Positions 46,434 to 50,183 of a stretch of DNA of 50,183 nucleotides are shown here, piece after piece (position 1 is the stretch's first letter; every line of letters starts with the position of its first letter). Below the pieces are notes generated by a model. The model saw only the letters and a program-made list of their open reading frames with translations. It had not been told where the DNA came from and searched no databases. The position numbers were made by a program, and so were the translations under genes. This DNA is from Opitutaceae bacterium (GTDB lineage Bacteria > Verrucomicrobiota > Verrucomicrobiia > Opitutales > Opitutaceae), in contig PLKS01000058.1 of NCBI GenBank assembly GCA_003140665.1, positions 1-50,183 on the forward strand, read 5' to 3'.

Positions 46434-47446
46434 GGATTCGGCAGCTTCGAGATCTGCGACTCGCGCTTTGCGAGATCGAGGTCGTGGTCGACCATGATCT
46501 TCACCAGCTCCTTGAAGCGCACCTTCGGTTTCCAGCCCAGCTGCCGGGCCGCCTTAGCCGCGTCCCCGATCAGCAGGTCGACCTCGGCCGGGCGCTCGTA
46601 GCGCGCGTCGTGGCGGACGTACTTTTCCCAGTCGAGATCGAGCAGCCCGAACGCCTGCCTGCAGAAGTCCCTGACGCTGTGGGTCTCGTTCGTCGCGACC
46701 ACGTAGTCGTCCGGCTTGTCCTGCTGGAGCATGAGCCACATCATCTCCACGTACTCTTTGGCGTAGCCCCAGTCCCTCTGCGCCTCGAGGTTGCCCAGAT
46801 AGAGCGAATTCTGGAGGCCCACCTTGATCCGGGTCGCCGCCCGGGTGATCTTGCGCGTGACGAAGGTCTCGCCGCGGCGCGGGGACTCGTGGTTGAAGAG
46901 GATTCCGTTGCTGGCGTGTATGTTGTAGCTCTCGCGGTAGTTTACGGTTAGGTGGTAGGCGTAGGCCTTCGCGCATCCGTACGGCGAGCGCGGCCAGAAC
47001 GGGGTCGACTCGGTCTGCGGCACCTGCTGCACCTTGCCGTACATCTCGGAGGACGAGGCTTGGTAATAGCGCACCTTCTTGACGAGCCCGGCCTCCCGGA
47101 TCGCCTCGAGTATCCGCTGGGCGCCGAGCCCGTCCACGTCCCCGGTGTATTCCGGGATGTCGAACGAGACGCGGACGTGGGACTGCGCCCCGAGGTTGTA
47201 GATCTCGTCGGGCTGGAGCTCGTAGAGAAGCTTCACCATCTGCACCGAGTCGGCGAGGTCCCCGTAGTGCAGGAACAGCCTGACGCCGTTCACATGGGGA
47301 TCGCTGTAAAGGTGGTCGATCCGGCTCGTGTTGAACGTCGAGGCGCGGCGGATGACGCCATGCACCTCGTAGCCCTTCTCGAGCAGGAGCTCGGCAAGGT
47401 ACGAGCCGTCCTGGCCGGTAATGCCGGTGATGAGGGCTTTCTTCAT
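46430..47446 (-). CDS. gmd: GDP-mannose 4,6-dehydratase
   Basis: ATG 47446 gives [30 protein letters not shown].., ..YGCAKAYAY.. (YxxxK). The upstream 114 codons of track ORF 46430..47788 are S/R/P-rich and lack family similarity. Confidence 0.95.
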   Translation of the reverse strand: MKKALITGITGQDGSYLAELLLEKGYEVHGVIRRASTFNTSRIDHLYSDPHVNGVRLFLHYGDLADSVQMVKLLYELQPDEIYNLGAQSHVRVSFDIPEYTGDVDGLGAQRILEAIREAGLVKKVRYYQASSSEMYGKVQQVPQTESTPFWPRSPYGCAKAYAYHLTVNYRESYNIHASNGILFNHESPRRGETFVTRKITRAATRIKVGLQNSLYLGNLEAQRDWGYAKEYVEMMWLMLQQDKPDDYVVATNETHSVRDFCRQAFGLLDLDWEKYVRHDARYERPAEVDLLIGDAAKAARQLGWKPKVRFKELVKIMVDHDLDLAKRESQISKLPNP

Positions 47447-47594
47447 GCGTCCCAAAGAAGGTGCCGACGGCAACCGGTGCCGCAAGCCGGTTCTTGGCTG
47501 GCGCCGGGGCGGCGACCAAACGCCTTGCGTCGGGGGCTTCTGTTCCCTGTACTGGCTTGTCCCGAGCGCGGACCGCATCGGCCGGGAGGCGGCC

Positions 47595-48161
47595 TCAGGC
47601 CCCCATACGGCTTGCCGTCCGCACGAGCTTGACAGCCATCGTCTGCACGGACTTCGCCGTGCTAGGATCCGTCGGGCTGCCCTGCGAATCGAAGGCCTTG
47701 TCGGCATGGGGAAGCGTGCATTGCCCCGGCACGACATGGCACCCGAGCTTGAGGAACAGCTGCTGCGCCAGCTGGAGCGAACGGACACCCCCGTAGATGC
47801 CGGGCGACGCCGAGATCACCGCGGCGACCTTGCCCTCGAAGGGATTGTCGTCCGCCCGCGTGCACCAGTCGACGGTGTTCTTCAGCAGGGGTGTGAACAT
47901 CGAGTTGTACTCGGGCGACGCGACGAGGAGGGCGTGGTGCTTCCCGATGAGCCCGATGAGCCTCACGGCATTTTCCGGCAGGCCCTGCGCGTCCTCGAGG
48001 TCGCCATGATAGAGCGGCATGGCGAAATCGTTGAGGTCGAGAAGCGTGACCTCGCCTCCCGCCTCCTTCACCGCGACGACGGCGAGCGCGAGGAATCTCC
48101 GGTTGAGCGATTCGCGCCGGGCGCTGGCTGCGAAGGCAAGGATGCGGGGCGGGGCTGCCAT
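47595..48161 (-). CDS. NAD(P)H-dependent FMN reductase-like flavoprotein
   Basis: ATG 48161 gives [21 protein letters not shown].., ..[22 protein letters not shown].. typical of the FMN_red family. It starts 13 nt after the valS stop. Confidence 0.85.
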   Translation of the reverse strand: MAAPPRILAFAASARRESLNRRFLALAVVAVKEAGGEVTLLDLNDFAMPLYHGDLEDAQGLPENAVRLIGLIGKHHALLVASPEYNSMFTPLLKNTVDWCTRADDNPFEGKVAAVISASPGIYGGVRSLQLAQQLFLKLGCHVVPGQCTLPHADKAFDSQGSPTDPSTAKSVQTMAVKLVRTASRMGA

Positions 48162-48174
48162 GGGCCGACGTTGC

Positions 48175-50183
48175 TCAGCCGAGCGATTGGAGCAGGCGAA
48201 CAAGCTCGGCGTGCTTCGCCTGCTGCTCGGCAAGCTGCCTCCTCGCCCCGTCGAGGACCGCCGGCGGGGCCTTGGCGACGAAGGACTCGTTTGAGAGGCG
48301 CGCCAGCGTGGCCGCGATGTGCTTCGCCAGCGCATCGAGCTCCTTGTTGAGCCGGAGCCTCTCGGCGCCGGAGTCAGCCGAGGCGGCGAGATCCAGGGCC
48401 AGCGTGCCCAGGGGGGTCAGGGCCGCGGAAACCCCGTCGATGCCGTCCCTCCGGGCGATCTCGGCGGCGCCTGCCATGCGAAGGAGCTTCGCGAGGTTTG
48501 CCTCGATCGTCGACCACGCCGCGTCGTCCGCCTTGACCAGGAAGCGCACATCGCGGCGGCTCGCGACGCCGCGCTCCGCCTTGAGCGCGCGCGCCTGGGA
48601 GATGAACGCCTTCATCCGCTCCACGGACGCCGCCTGGGCCCGGTCGGGCCTCGCGCCCCGCGCCCCCAGCGCGGCCGCGAGGCCGGACGCGTCCTCGATC
48701 CTCGCGTCCTCGATGAATCCGCGGTCCGCGCCGGCATAGCCCAGCTGGGACCAGAGCTCCTCCGTGATGAAGGGCATGAATGGGTGAAGCAGCAGCAGCG
48801 TCTGCCGGAGGACCAGGTCCTGGAGGGCGAGGCAGGTGGCCCGGGTGTCCTCCGCCTGGAGCTTTGCCTTTGAAACCTCGACGTACCAGTCGCAGAAATC
48901 GGTCCAGAAAAACCCGTAGAGCGCCTGGGTCGCCGCGCTGAACTCGAACCCGCGGAAGCAGCGGTCGACCTCGCGCGTGGCCGCGAGCAGCCGCTCGATG
49001 ATGGCGTGGTCGTCGGCGTCGAACTTCGCGGGATCCATCCGCCCGAGGATAGCCCCGGGGGACGAATTGTCGCCGGACGGACCGCTCATCTGGCGGAACC
49101 GGCAGGCGTTCCACAGCTTGTTGCAGAGGTTCTTCCCCCCCTCCACCCGCCCATCCTGGAAATGGATGTCCTGCCCCTGCGGCGCTATCGAGACGATCCC
49201 GAACCTGAGGCCGTCCGCGCCGTACGCCTCGATCAGGTCGAGGGGATCCGGCGAGTTTCCAAGGCTCTTGGACATCTTGCGTCCCTGCGCATCCCTGATG
49301 ATCCCCGTGAAGTAGACGTCGCGGAAGGGGATCCGCCTGGCGGCCGACTCGCCGGGGCGCGCGAACTCGAGGCCGGCCATGATCATTCGGGCCACCCAGA
49401 AGAATATGATGTCCGGGGCGGTCACCAGGGCGCTCGTGGGGTAGAAGTAATCGAAGCCGGCCTTCGCCATCTGGCCGCGATCGGGCCAGCCCATCGTGGC
49501 AAGGGGCCAGATCCACGAGGACGCCCATGTGTCGAGCACGTCGTCCTCCTGGACCCAGTTGGCGGCATCGGGCGGCCCGTCGATCGAGACATGGACCTTT
49601 GCCGGGTCCGACAGGTCGGCCTCGGTGAGGGTGTCCCGGTCGATCCCCTTCCGGTACCAGACCGGAATCCGATGACCCCACCACAGCTGGCGGCTGATGC
49701 ACCAGTCCTGGATGTTCTCGAGCCAGTGAAGGTATACCTTGGCCCACCGCTCGGGGTGGAAGCGAATGAGACCGTCCCGGACCGCCGACTTGGCCTCCTC
49801 GACACGCGGATAGCGCAGCCACCACTGCCATGTGAGCCGGGGCTCGATCGGCACGTCCTTGCGCTCGGAGTACACGACGTTGTGCGGATAGGCCTCCTCC
49901 CCCAGGAGGGCCCCGGAGGCCGCGAGGAGCTCAACGGCCTTCTTTCGCGCCGCAAAACGCTCCAAGCCAGCGAGTTCCTTTCCGGCAAGCTGGTTGAGTG
50001 TCGCGTCGGCGTTCAGGATATCAAGGACCGGGAGGGCGTGCCGCATGCCTATCTCGAAGTCCAGCTTGTCGTGGGCGGGAGTGATCTTGAGGGCGCCGGT
50101 GCCGAACTTCGGGTCCACGGCGGAATCGGCGATGATCGGAATCGCCGCCCTGTGGATCGGCCGCCAGACCTTGCGGCCGACCA
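48175..50183 (-). CDS. valS: Valine--tRNA ligase, 5'-truncated by the window edge
   Basis: ..PIIADSAVDPKFGTGALKITPAHD.., KMSKSLGNS class-I motif, anticodon-binding region and C-terminal coiled coil (..LNKELDALAKHIAATLARLSNESFVAKAP..). The frame stays open to position 50183. Confidence 0.95.
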   Translation of the reverse strand, partial: VGRKVWRPIHRAAIPIIADSAVDPKFGTGALKITPAHDKLDFEIGMRHALPVLDILNADATLNQLAGKELAGLERFAARKKAVELLAASGALLGEEAYPHNVVYSERKDVPIEPRLTWQWWLRYPRVEEAKSAVRDGLIRFHPERWAKVYLHWLENIQDWCISRQLWWGHRIPVWYRKGIDRDTLTEADLSDPAKVHVSIDGPPDAANWVQEDDVLDTWASSWIWPLATMGWPDRGQMAKAGFDYFYPTSALVTAPDIIFFWVARMIMAGLEFARPGESAARRIPFRDVYFTGIIRDAQGRKMSKSLGNSPDPLDLIEAYGADGLRFGIVSIAPQGQDIHFQDGRVEGGKNLCNKLWNACRFRQMSGPSGDNSSPGAILGRMDPAKFDADDHAIIERLLAATREVDRCFRGFEFSAATQALYGFFWTDFCDWYVEVSKAKLQAEDTRATCLALQDLVLRQTLLLLHPFMPFITEELWSQLGYAGADRGFIEDARIEDASGLAAALGARGARPDRAQAASVERMKAFISQARALKAERGVASRRDVRFLVKADDAAWSTIEANLAKLLRMAGAAEIARRDGIDGVSAALTPLGTLALDLAASADSGAERLRLNKELDALAKHIAATLARLSNESFVAKAPPAVLDGARRQLAEQQAKHAELVRLLQSLG

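Noticed and set aside
1-50183. Search for CRISPR arrays, tandem DNA repeats, tRNA/rRNA/tmRNA genes, transposases, integrases, prophage or classic defence genes (restriction-modification, Cas, Abi, toxin-antitoxin pairs).
   Set aside because: I saw no regularly spaced repeats and no cloverleaf-compatible intergenic segments (all spacers are under 230 nt). No recombinase-like ORFs were found. The only repeat noticed inside coding DNA (TTGAGTT x2 near 22955-22970) lies in a linker of the 559-aa membrane protein and is too short to be meaningful.

Overview
GC-rich (by eye about two-thirds G+C, not computed), gene-dense chromosomal segment with about 41 protein genes plus one frame-broken gene on both strands. 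I found no rRNA, tRNA, CRISPR array, transposase or integrase. The gene content (TAT-exported Gfo/Idh/MocA oxidoreductase, sulfatase-fold protein, GldAFG-like ABC system, DUF6580/DUF4340 proteins, weak Shine-Dalgarno usage, many ATGA/GTGA start-stop overlaps) is compatible with a Verrucomicrobiota/PVC-type genome; this is a low-confidence guess that I cannot verify. Most of the window is housekeeping: PfkB kinase, proA, birA, def, a PduO-type adenosyltransferase, a complete sulfate-assimilation plus siroheme operon (cysH-cysD-cysNC-cobA-cbiX-cysI), prfB with its classical +1 programmed frameshift, tatC, gmd-fcl, and a partial valS. Two ABC-2 exporter modules and a 1314-aa hybrid histidine kinase are also present. 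Candidates for a second look, in order: (1) a translationally coupled membrane pair at 21195-24262, in which the last helices of one protein resemble MotA/ExbB/TolQ channel helices and the bitopic partner carries a membrane-embedded Asp, a roughly 180-residue coiled coil and a C-terminal globular domain; (2) a five-gene GldA/F/G-like ABC + 4x-repeat DUF4340 + AsmA-like operon at 7930-15875 that looks like a trans-envelope trafficking machine; (3) a sulfatase-fold protein lacking the formylglycine Cys/Ser and most metal ligands; (4) two lower-GC insertions (acyltransferase 25518-26633; an orphan gene pair with a palindromic divergent promoter at 37712-39152). All family names come from my own motif recognition, not from searches. 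The many long R/G/P/A-rich antisense ORFs in the track are GC-composition artefacts.
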